A stretch of DNA of 64,000 nt from Clostridia bacterium (GTDB taxonomy: Bacteria; Bacillota; Clostridia; Christensenellales; CAG-917), in NCBI GenBank assembly GCA_017461985.1, contig JAFTSA010000004.1, positions 198,053 to 262,052 of the forward strand, written 5' to 3'. The notes under the pieces are model-generated. The model saw only the letters and a list, made by a program, of their open reading frames with translations, ran no database searches and had not been told where the DNA came from. Positions 35,630 through 42,808 of this stretch are shown one piece after another. Numbering within the stretch: the first letter of the stretch is position 1; each line of letters starts with the position of its first letter. Both the position numbers and the translations under genes were made by a program.

Positions 35630-37360
35630 TTATGCGGTGTGATATTTTCTGCTTCTGTACAGCAAGTAGTAGATGACTGAACTGATAGGCAGGTTTGTGA
35701 GCATGACGCCAGGGAGAATGATTGTTTGGAGCAACATATCAATGTCATCAATGCTTGCGCCCACTGCGAAGAATCCAACCAGTATGCAAACGACCAAAAG
35801 TTCAATGAATATCATACTGCGATTGATTATGGACAACTTAAAGTTGAAATTGGCTCGTACGCGTTTTGTGGGATTGAACAGATAAATGACTGTGGGGATG
35901 AGCATAAGTGCTGCGCCACCGAGCATAAATCCGAGGAAATATCCCATAGGGGCTCTGCCGATGAGCGACACCCACATCACAGCAACTTCCAATACGAAGA
36001 GTGCCATAACAATGAGCCAGCTATCGCGATTGATGCGGTTAGAACTCAAGAAATTGAAGGTGTAGAACTCACTCGTGTTGCCACGATTGTAAGGTCTGAT
36101 TTTGAAACCTTCTGCATAAAGTCTTCTGCCAAGGTCCTTGTCGGGGGCAAAAACTTTTTCTTCAGGCTCTGCCTTCTTTTCTTCAGGGGCGGAAACGATT
36201 GAAGAGAAGAAATCACGATAGTTTACTTCGTTTTGTTCGTATTCAAAGGTTTCTTCACGTTTGCCTATGATCGCTGAAGTGACAAATGTATCATCTTTTT
36301 GTCTGTTGTTTCTTGTGTAGATTTCACTGTCAACATATGCTTCGGCATAATCGGTCACAACAGGAGTGGTTTCAACAGGTGCGTATTGAGGGGCAGGAGT
36401 TTCTTCAACAACTTGTTCCTTTTCAATGCGGTGTTGCTCATCAATCTTGGCTTCTTTTGCTTCAAGACGGTCAAAAATCTCTTTCAAAGTGGCTTGTGAG
36501 CGTGTTCTTGACTCGTTTTCACTTGCATAAGCTGTGAAATAGGAGTGCTCAACAGGTTCTTCACGGACGTTTGACACGGCAGTGGGAGCAACCACATAGC
36601 CTTCTTGCTTTTCGGTGTACTCACTTTGACTGTCAAGACGAGCAAACATTTCTGCAAGGCTCTTGGCAGGTTTGTGTTGATTGCGGATGCGTTCCTCTTC
36701 CTTTTTGCGAGCCTCTTCAGCAAGAAGCATAGCTTCTTCTTCAGTAATTTCGTTGCCGTTTGCGTCTATGTAAACTCTCTTAAGGACCTCTTTTTCCACC
36801 TCTTTGATGACTTCGACTTCCACAGGAATCTCTTTCACCACTTCAACAGGTACTTCCTTGACAACTTCTACTTCCTTCACGACCTCAACTTCTACAGGAA
36901 CTTCTTTTTCAACGATTTTTTCCTTGTAGACCACTTTGGGCTTTTCTTCTTCGCCGGTTTTGGTGTAGGGGCGGAGAGAGTCAGTGTCAAAGGGGGCAGG
37001 GTTTGCAAAGTCGAATTCCTTTTCAGAAATCAACTTGTCAAGGATTGTACGTGAGTATTCATACTCACTTTTTTCCTTTGCAAGCATAGCACGGCCTTCA
37101 TCGGTGAGGGTGTAGTAGCGACGTCTGCCACCACTGGTGTCATCAGGTGCGCCGTCATATGAGGAAATCAAGCCCGCTTTTTCCAACTTTTTCAGTTGGT
37201 TATAAAGTGTGGCTTGTTTCACCTTGTATTGGCCATTGGTCTTGTCGTCGATTTCTTGCAGAATTTCATAACCATAGCGATCATGATTCCACAATGAGCC
37301 GAGAATTATAGTGGTGGAGTTGCCACGTATAAGATCGGAATTGACAGATGAAATATCCAT
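35630..37360 (-). CDS. Membrane-anchored PadR-family transcriptional regulator (wHTH, acidic repeat linker, four C-terminal TM helices)
   Basis: N-terminus IILGSLWNHDRYGYEILQEI...ATLYNQLKKLEKAGLISSY...RRRYYTLTDEG is PadR-like. aa ~150-195 form (V/I/P)EVxVVKEV repeats. The last ~130 aa have 4 hydrophobic helices. AGGAGAAAAGG SD. Confidence 0.8.
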   Translation of the reverse strand: MDISSVNSDLIRGNSTTIILGSLWNHDRYGYEILQEIDDKTNGQYKVKQATLYNQLKKLEKAGLISSYDGAPDDTSGGRRRYYTLTDEGRAMLAKEKSEYEYSRTILDKLISEKEFDFANPAPFDTDSLRPYTKTGEEEKPKVVYKEKIVEKEVPVEVEVVKEVEVVKEVPVEVVKEIPVEVEVIKEVEKEVLKRVYIDANGNEITEEEAMLLAEEARKKEEERIRNQHKPAKSLAEMFARLDSQSEYTEKQEGYVVAPTAVSNVREEPVEHSYFTAYASENESRTRSQATLKEIFDRLEAKEAKIDEQHRIEKEQVVEETPAPQYAPVETTPVVTDYAEAYVDSEIYTRNNRQKDDTFVTSAIIGKREETFEYEQNEVNYRDFFSSIVSAPEEKKAEPEEKVFAPDKDLGRRLYAEGFKIRPYNRGNTSEFYTFNFLSSNRINRDSWLIVMALFVLEVAVMWVSLIGRAPMGYFLGFMLGGAALMLIPTVIYLFNPTKRVRANFNFKLSIINRSMIFIELLVVCILVGFFAVGASIDDIDMLLQTIILPGVMLTNLPISSVIYYLLYRSRKYHTA

Positions 37361-37440
37361 AACCTTTTCTCCTAATATACTTCGTATATAAGCATAACAT
37401 CTATTCTCAAAAAGTCAATATTTTGTAATACTTTTTCTTG

Positions 37441-38511
37441 TTAATCCTCATTATTTCTTAGAGTGACCGCCTTTGCAGCACTCTTTCTTCTGTCCTCAGT
37501 GATGGCTGCATAGTGTTTTTTGGTTGTGTTGACGTCACGATGTCCAAGGACGTCTGCCACCATATAGATGTCACCGGTGGCACGATAGAGGTTGGTGCCA
37601 TAGGTGCTTCTAAGTTTGTGAGGAGAGATTTTTTTGAGAGGTGCGGCAATTTGCGCATACTTTTTGACAAGGTTTTCGACTGCGCGCACTGAAATACGTT
37701 TGATTTGCAAGGACAAAAAGAGAGCATCTTTGTCTTCAATGCGCAGTTTTTCACTACGTGAAATAAGAGCCTTTCTTTCTCCGTCAATGTAGTAAAGCAG
37801 TGCTTCGCGGACTTCTTCACCAAAATACAAAATTGCGCGATTTCCGCCTTTTCTTGTGACGGTAAATCCATTGACGTCAAAATCTATATCTGTAAGATTG
37901 AGCCCAACACACTCGCTGACACGGATTCCTGTGCCCAAAAGTAGGGTGAGAATGGCCACGTCGCGGGCACGTGTGTTGAGGAGAATCTTGCGTTGGTGGT
38001 TACTCATAGAGGTGCTTTCTTCTGCAGCATCCAAAATCTTGTCAATTTCACGAGATTCAAGGCGGATTATGTCCTTTTCGTGCTGTTTTGGCACTTTCAC
38101 CTTGCTTGCTATGTTTTGGGAAAGCTTATCCTTGTTGTAAAAATACTTGAAAAAGGTGCGTACAGTTGATATTTTGCGTGCTTTTCCTCTTTCACCGTTA
38201 GAAAATTCCTTTCCGTCAAACTCATAGTAGGAAAGATATTCAATGAATGCTTCAAGGTGGGTGAGGGTAATACGCTCTAAATCTCGAAGTTCGATGTCCT
38301 TTGAGTCCTTTTTCAACTTGAAATAAGAGACTCTTTTGACTAAATAGTCAAAAAAGATACGCAAATCGTAGGCGTAATTCAAACGAGTGAGGGCAGTTGT
38401 TTGAGGCTCAATGCCCACAAAAAACTCATCGCAAAATTCGGGCAAATCCTCACGAATGCCCAAAAGACGGATGGTTGTTTCTTTATCTCGTTCCTTAAAA
38501 TAATCTGCCAT
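37441..38511 (-). CDS. Tyrosine recombinase (XerC/XerD/phage-integrase family)
   Basis: N-terminal SAM-like domain. Catalytic residues are in GTGIRVSE (R), HKLRSTYGT (HxxR) and LGHRDVNTTKKHY (H...Y). Confidence 0.85.
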   Translation of the reverse strand: MADYFKERDKETTIRLLGIREDLPEFCDEFFVGIEPQTTALTRLNYAYDLRIFFDYLVKRVSYFKLKKDSKDIELRDLERITLTHLEAFIEYLSYYEFDGKEFSNGERGKARKISTVRTFFKYFYNKDKLSQNIASKVKVPKQHEKDIIRLESREIDKILDAAEESTSMSNHQRKILLNTRARDVAILTLLLGTGIRVSECVGLNLTDIDFDVNGFTVTRKGGNRAILYFGEEVREALLYYIDGERKALISRSEKLRIEDKDALFLSLQIKRISVRAVENLVKKYAQIAAPLKKISPHKLRSTYGTNLYRATGDIYMVADVLGHRDVNTTKKHYAAITEDRRKSAAKAVTLRNNED

Positions 38512-38683
38512 TGACGAAAATGCCTTATTATAATATCATTATTATAATAGCAAACTATTCGCAAAATGTCAACATTGAAATATGGCAAAACCACAACATT
38601 TCGCCCCTTTCGTAGGCGGGGAAGTGGAATATGTTGTGCTTGAAAATCGGGGAAGTGGTAAAAAAATAGTTACGATGTCGTGA

Positions 38684-39406
38684 CTAATTGTTTTCATTGA
38701 AGTTTTCTTTCATCTTCAACAATATCTTGTTTTCAAGCCGGCTTACTTGCACTTGCGATACGCCCAGTTCTGCCGCCACCTCACTTTGTGTTTTATCCCT
38801 AAAATAGCGCAAAATTATTATTTTTCGTTCTCTTTCAGGGAGAGATGATACCGCGTCTTTGATTATCAACTTGTTCAAATCGTTTTCGGGAGTATTTTTG
38901 TCTGCAATTTTATCTCCCAAAGTCAGTTCTTCATCTTCATCAATGGTCTCATTAAGTGACAAAACCATTTTTGAGGTGTCGAGGGCTAGGACAATGTCAC
39001 CTGTGTCGCACTCAAAAACAGCGGAAAGTTCCTCAATGGTAGGGGTGGGTTTGCCTTCCTTTTCTTGTTGGTCAACGTAGGTTGATATTTTGTGGGCAAG
39101 GGTCTTTGCATAGCGTGAAACCTTCACTGCGCCGTCATCTCTGAGAAATCTCTTGATTTCTCCCGTTATCATAGGCACGGCATACGTAGAAAAACGGACA
39201 CCGAATTTGGTGTCAAAGCCCATCATTGCTTTGGTGAAACCCATTGCACCCAGTTGCATAAGGTCGTCGTATTCGAGACGCCCCTTAAATCTTTTTACGA
39301 TTGACTTTATGAGGGGCATATTTTCTGATATCAATTTATCTTTTGCGTTGTTGTCACCCGATTGTGCTAGATTGATAAGCGCTAGGGTGTCTTCATGGTT
39401 CAGCAT
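38684..39406 (-). CDS. sigF: Sporulation sigma factor F
   Basis: Third gene of the spoIIAA-spoIIAB-sigF operon. FSTYAVPMITGEIKRFLRDDGAVKVSR and a region 4 HTH. Confidence 0.9.
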   Translation of the reverse strand: MLNHEDTLALINLAQSGDNNAKDKLISENMPLIKSIVKRFKGRLEYDDLMQLGAMGFTKAMMGFDTKFGVRFSTYAVPMITGEIKRFLRDDGAVKVSRYAKTLAHKISTYVDQQEKEGKPTPTIEELSAVFECDTGDIVLALDTSKMVLSLNETIDEDEELTLGDKIADKNTPENDLNKLIIKDAVSSLPERERKIIILRYFRDKTQSEVAAELGVSQVQVSRLENKILLKMKENFNENN

Positions 39407-39816
39407 ACGCCAAAGGATTTTGTCATAGTCACCGACGTGCCTTGACCAAGAGAGGAGGTTATCTCAACTGAGTCCATAAAAGTTTCCATAATGGTGAAAC
39501 CCATACCGCTACGCTCGTCCCCTCCGCTTGTATACATAGGCTCACGGGCCTTGTCTACGTCTTCTATGCCTTTGCCGTTGTCACTTATAGTGACAAAAAG
39601 CATATTGTCGTGGATTTCAGCCACAATGGCAACGCTACCGTCACCGTCGTAAGCGTGGACCACGCAGTTGGTGACCGCTTCACTGACTGCAGTTTTTAGA
39701 TCGTTAAGTTCTTCAACGGTTGGTGACAATGGAAGCACAAAGGCGGCCAGTGTATTTCTGGCAAAAGCTTCGTTTTCACTTTTTGCAGGTATTTGCATTT
39801 TGAAATAGTTGTCCAT
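39400..39816 (-). CDS. spoIIAB: Anti-sigma F factor SpoIIAB (serine protein kinase)
   Basis: HATPase_c motifs (EAVTNCVVHAY, DNGKGI, GMGFT); overlaps the sigF start. Confidence 0.9.
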   Translation of the reverse strand: MDNYFKMQIPAKSENEAFARNTLAAFVLPLSPTVEELNDLKTAVSEAVTNCVVHAYDGDGSVAIVAEIHDNMLFVTISDNGKGIEDVDKAREPMYTSGGDERSGMGFTIMETFMDSVEITSSLGQGTSVTMTKSFGVC

Positions 39817-39825
39817 AATCTCTCC

Positions 39826-40125
39826 TTATATTTTGGGGCAGACGGAATAGACTCCGCTTGTGCGAAAAACTCTATCGACGTGTGATGGCACGTTTCTTAA
39901 AAGAAGTTCTACTTTTCTTGCCAGAAGTTTTTTGTATCTGCCAAAAATCAAACCAAGTCCAGTGCTGTCAACAAATGATACGTTTTTGAAGTCAAAGACA
40001 ACAGAGGATATTCCTTGTCGTGATATGAGAAAATCAATGTCGTCGCGGATTTTTTTGACATAGTGCTCATCCACGTCTCCATAAAGTTCTATAATAAGTT
40101 GGTCAAATTCGTATTTATACTTCAC
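39826..40125 (-). CDS. spoIIAA: Anti-sigma F factor antagonist SpoIIAA (STAS)
   Basis: GTG start preceded by GGAGGG. STAS fold with the phosphorylatable Ser in FVDSTGLG. The ORF-track upstream extension runs into the tRNA promoter region. Confidence 0.85.
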   Translation of the reverse strand: MKYKYEFDQLIIELYGDVDEHYVKKIRDDIDFLISRQGISSVVFDFKNVSFVDSTGLGLIFGRYKKLLARKVELLLRNVPSHVDRVFRTSGVYSVCPKI

Positions 40126-40249
40126 TTTTGCGCCCTCCGCGTATATAATAAATGGCAGGAAGGCAAGTGATTTGACACTTGTTGTCGCAAATTTGGACTT
40201 TGCAAAGAAAAAAAACGAAAAAAACTTGAAAAAAACACCCAAAAAATTG

Positions 40250-40278
40250 TTGACAAGGTTTTTCTGGTGTTGTATATT
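40250..40278 (+). promoter_or_regulatory. sigmaA promoter of the six-tRNA operon (TTGACA-17-TATATT) with an A-rich UP-like region
   Basis: TTGACA at 40250-40255 and TATATT at 40273-40278. Confidence 0.65.
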
Positions 40279-40298
40279 ATAACAGTCGTGAATCCCTC

Positions 40299-40375
40299 CG
40301 GGGTGTGGCGCAGTTTGGTAGCGCACTTGGTTTGGGACCAAGGGGCCGGAAGTTCAAATCTTCTCACCCCGACCA
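40299..40375 (+). tRNA. tRNA-Pro (TGG)
   Basis: Acceptor CGGGGTG/CACCCCG; anticodon arm CTTGG-TTTGGGA-CCAAG; CCA encoded. Confidence 0.9.
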
Positions 40376-40399
40376 AAGACGACAATGCCGAAGTGATTC

Positions 40400-40476
40400 G
40401 GGCCTTTAGCTCAGTTGGTTAGAGCGGTCGGCTCATAACCGATTGGTCCGCGGTTCGAGTCCGTGAAGGCCCACCA
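40400..40476 (+). tRNA. tRNA with CAT anticodon (elongator Met, or Ile2 if lysidine-modified; not decidable from sequence alone)
   Basis: Acceptor GGGCCTT/AAGGCCC; anticodon loop CTCATAA; CCA encoded. Confidence 0.85.
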
Positions 40477-40491
40477 TAAACACAAAAGTAT

Positions 40492-40568
40492 GGCCCGGTA
40501 GTACAGTTGGTTAGTACGCCAGCCTGTCACGCTGGAGGTCAGGGGTTCGAGCCCCCTCCGGGTCGCCA
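40492..40568 (+). tRNA. tRNA-Asp (GTC)
   Basis: Acceptor GGCCCGG/CCGGGTC; anticodon loop CTGTCAC; CCA encoded. Confidence 0.9.
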
Positions 40569-40617
40569 AAAATAAATGAGGCAGTGATAAACTCGCTGCC
40601 TCATTTAACACCGATAA

Positions 40618-40693
40618 GCCTCGGTAGCTCAGTTGGTAGAGCAGGGGACTGAAAATCCCCGTGTCGGTGGTTCAAGTCCGCCCCGAGGCACCA
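40618..40693 (+). tRNA. tRNA-Phe (GAA)
   Basis: Acceptor GCCTCGG/CCGAGGC; anticodon arm GGGGA-CTGAAAA-TCCCC; CCA encoded. Confidence 0.9.
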
Positions 40694-40707
40694 TCAATAC
40701 AAATTAC

Positions 40708-40783
40708 GCTAGTGTAGCTCAATAGGCAGAGCAGCTGATTTGTAATCAGCAGGTTGCTGGTTCGATTCCGGTCACTAGCTCCA
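40708..40783 (+). tRNA. tRNA-Thr (TGT)
   Basis: Acceptor GCTAGTG/CACTAGC; anticodon arm GCTGA-TTTGTAA-TCAGC; CCA encoded. Confidence 0.85.
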
Positions 40784-40786
40784 TCT

Positions 40787-40871
<85 letters not shown>

Positions 40872-40873
40872 AG

Positions 40874-40902
40874 AAAAGCACCGAATTATCGGTGCTTTTT
40901 TC
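40874..40902 (+). terminator. Intrinsic terminator of the tRNA operon
   Basis: GCACCGA-ATTA-TCGGTGC followed by T6. Confidence 0.85.
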
Positions 40903-41025
40903 TTTAAGGTGAGAGTGGTGGATTTACTGCATCTTTTATGCAGTTGCAATACTTTGTATTGCACGAACCACCGTTCGGTGCTGACGCTTGAGCTTTGACG
41001 CAAGCGTCGGCTCTTCGCTACTAAA

Positions 41026-41102
41026 CGAATCCACCCCCTCCCACCAAGATAACCCAAGTCGAAAGACTTGGGTTTTTCTTTAAGGCGTGAGTAGTAGATA
41101 AT
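41026..41102 (+). repeat. Direct duplicate of the tRNA-Tyr 3' end (from the T-loop through CCA-AG) plus a different terminator hairpin and a conserved 3' flank
   Basis: 41026-41048 CGAATCCACCCCCTCCCACCAAG is identical to 40851-40873. It is followed by CCCAAGTC-GAAA-GACTTGGG and T5. The flank TTCTTTAAGGCGTGAGTAGTAGA resembles 40898-40921 TTCTTTAAGGTGAGAGTGGTGGA. Confidence 0.9.
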
Positions 41103-41131
41103 TGATAAACACTTTTCTGTAAAAGTGTGGT

Positions 41132-41159
41132 TTGACTCGCGGTTGATTTGCAGTATAAT
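41132..41159 (+). promoter_or_regulatory. sigmaA promoter (TTGACT-16-TATAAT) ending 6 nt before the ATG at 41166
   Basis: TTGACT at 41132-41137 and TATAAT at 41154-41159; no SD between the -10 and the ATG. Confidence 0.55.
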
Positions 41160-41165
41160 TGTAAT

Positions 41166-41852
41166 ATGGACAAGTTTTATGTAGACATAGTGCAGAAATG
41201 GAAAAACGATTACGAATTTCGTATGACGGTGAAGACGGCAATCAACTTTGTGGTGACCGTCATTTTTGCATTGTTCAACGTGGCATTGTCCATTTATTAT
41301 AGATCTGCCTGGTATGGCGGGATTGGAGTTTATTACGTACTGTTGGCGCTCATACGTGGCTCGGTTGCGCTTGTTGAGATTAAATCTAGAAAAATGGAAG
41401 AAAAACAGCAAAACGAACTTAAAAAGAAAACTTTTCTTGGTACTTCAGTGTTATTGTTTATTATGAACATAGTTTTGATTGTGCCTGTGACTATGATGGT
41501 GTTTTTCCAACGTGAAATCAAGTTTGACTTGTTTTTGTCCATAGGCATGGCGGCGTACACCGTGTGTAAAGCAGTGACAACTTCAATCAATTTTGCAAAG
41601 CGCAATCGTTTAGATAACTTTTTGCTTAAAGAGATTTCAGTCATCAACTTCATTGATATGTTGGTTTCCATATTATTGCTTCAAAACGCATTGATTGTGG
41701 TGAATAGTGGCAATGAAAACCATGAAATGTTCCTGCTTTCTGCGGTTGTCAGCGCAATATTTATGGTTTTGGCGGTGGGGCTATCCATCTACAATTTGGT
41801 GGGATACAAAAAGATAGGCGAAAACGACAGTGAAGTAAACAATATCGATTGA
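41166..41852 (+). CDS. Hypothetical polytopic membrane protein (about 6 TM segments)
   Basis: 228 aa hydrophobic ORF with no recognised motif. Confidence 0.6.
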   Translation: MDKFYVDIVQKWKNDYEFRMTVKTAINFVVTVIFALFNVALSIYYRSAWYGGIGVYYVLLALIRGSVALVEIKSRKMEEKQQNELKKKTFLGTSVLLFIMNIVLIVPVTMMVFFQREIKFDLFLSIGMAAYTVCKAVTTSINFAKRNRLDNFLLKEISVINFIDMLVSILLLQNALIVVNSGNENHEMFLLSAVVSAIFMVLAVGLSIYNLVGYKKIGENDSEVNNID

Positions 41853-41921
41853 CAATATTTTGATGTTGAGATGATTTTCAATGTGTGGTATAATGCTGTT
41901 AGAAAGATTTAGAGGTGACTT

Positions 41922-42680
41922 ATGCCAGACGTTAAACTTTTGTTCGGTCACACTATAAATGCACTAAACAAAACAGTTGACGACTTCAAAAAGGCGTCAT
42001 TGGCTTTCCGTATAGCCACGCTGTTGATTTCGGCAGGCTACTTTATTTATGCCATCGTGACTGAAACTGGCATTTTGTGGGCAAACAGTCTTTCTCTTGC
42101 TATTTTGGTTGCATACAACATATTTGAGCTTGTGGCAGACAAGTTGGAGCTTGCAAAGACTGCAAAGAAAGCCGTCAAACACGCTTATAAATGGTTGAAG
42201 ATAGTCATCAAGAGTTTTACTCTTGTTGTTATGCTGTACGGCATTTATGTTGCTGCTGATAGCGTAAACGGAATCAGGATTATTCTTGCAACACTTATGA
42301 TAATTATGTGGGTTTTGCAGGTGTTGCTTGAGATTGTTTCAATTGTTGCCGAGCGCAGAATCAAATATATAATTCAGGAATTCCAAAAGGACTACGAGCC
42401 TATCAACGAAAACTATATTCAACCTACCATGGAAAAGATAAACTGGTTGATTGACAAAAAGCATAAGATTGATGACGTCACGGACAAAATAGGGGGCACA
42501 ATAGAGCACGTAAAGGACGTGACGACGCCAAAAATCGTTGAAACAACCGAAAGAATCAAATATCCGTTTTTGATGATGAGTGACAAGCGCAAGCGTAAAA
42601 AGGAATTGAAAGAACTTGTCAGAGATGAAAAAGAACAAAGGTATCTTGTGGCAAGTGACGTCGAAGAGGACAAACAATAA
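41922..42680 (+). CDS. Hypothetical membrane protein (N-terminal TM bundle, charged C-terminal tail)
   Basis: 252 aa; about 4 TM segments followed by a Lys/Glu/Asp-rich ~100 aa region. AGAGGTGA SD. Confidence 0.6.
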   Translation: MPDVKLLFGHTINALNKTVDDFKKASLAFRIATLLISAGYFIYAIVTETGILWANSLSLAILVAYNIFELVADKLELAKTAKKAVKHAYKWLKIVIKSFTLVVMLYGIYVAADSVNGIRIILATLMIIMWVLQVLLEIVSIVAERRIKYIIQEFQKDYEPINENYIQPTMEKINWLIDKKHKIDDVTDKIGGTIEHVKDVTTPKIVETTERIKYPFLMMSDKRKRKKELKELVRDEKEQRYLVASDVEEDKQ

Positions 42681-42683
42681 TTG

Positions 42684-42706
42684 AAAAGCACCTTTGGTGC
42701 TTTTTT
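42684..42706 (+). terminator. Intrinsic terminator
   Basis: AAAAGCACC-TTT-GGTGCTTTTTT. Confidence 0.75.
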
Positions 42707-42758
42707 ATTTTCCCAAATAAAACTTGATTTTTTGACCCAAAAGTTGGCAAAAAAACAG

Positions 42759-42795
42759 TTGGCAAAATGGGATATGTGATATAAAATTATCACAT
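42759..42795 (+). promoter_or_regulatory. sigmaA promoter (TTGGCA-17-TAAAAT) whose -10 hexamer is the exact spacer of an 8+8 bp perfect inverted repeat (candidate operator)
   Basis: ATGTGATA at 42774-42781 and TATCACAT at 42788-42795 flank TAAAAT at 42782-42787. AGTTGGCAAAA is also repeated at 42742 and 42757. Confidence 0.55.
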
Positions 42796-42808
42796 AGGAG
42801 ATTTTATT

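Noticed and set aside
35241-38683. The idea that tRNA-Trp through the tyrosine recombinase (35.2-38.7 kb) is one integrated element, with the recombinase as its integrase.
   Set aside because: The second copy of the tRNA end lies before, not after, the PadR and recombinase genes. I found no third copy or matching repeat beyond the recombinase. The next genes are the core spoIIA operon. There are no other mobile-element genes.
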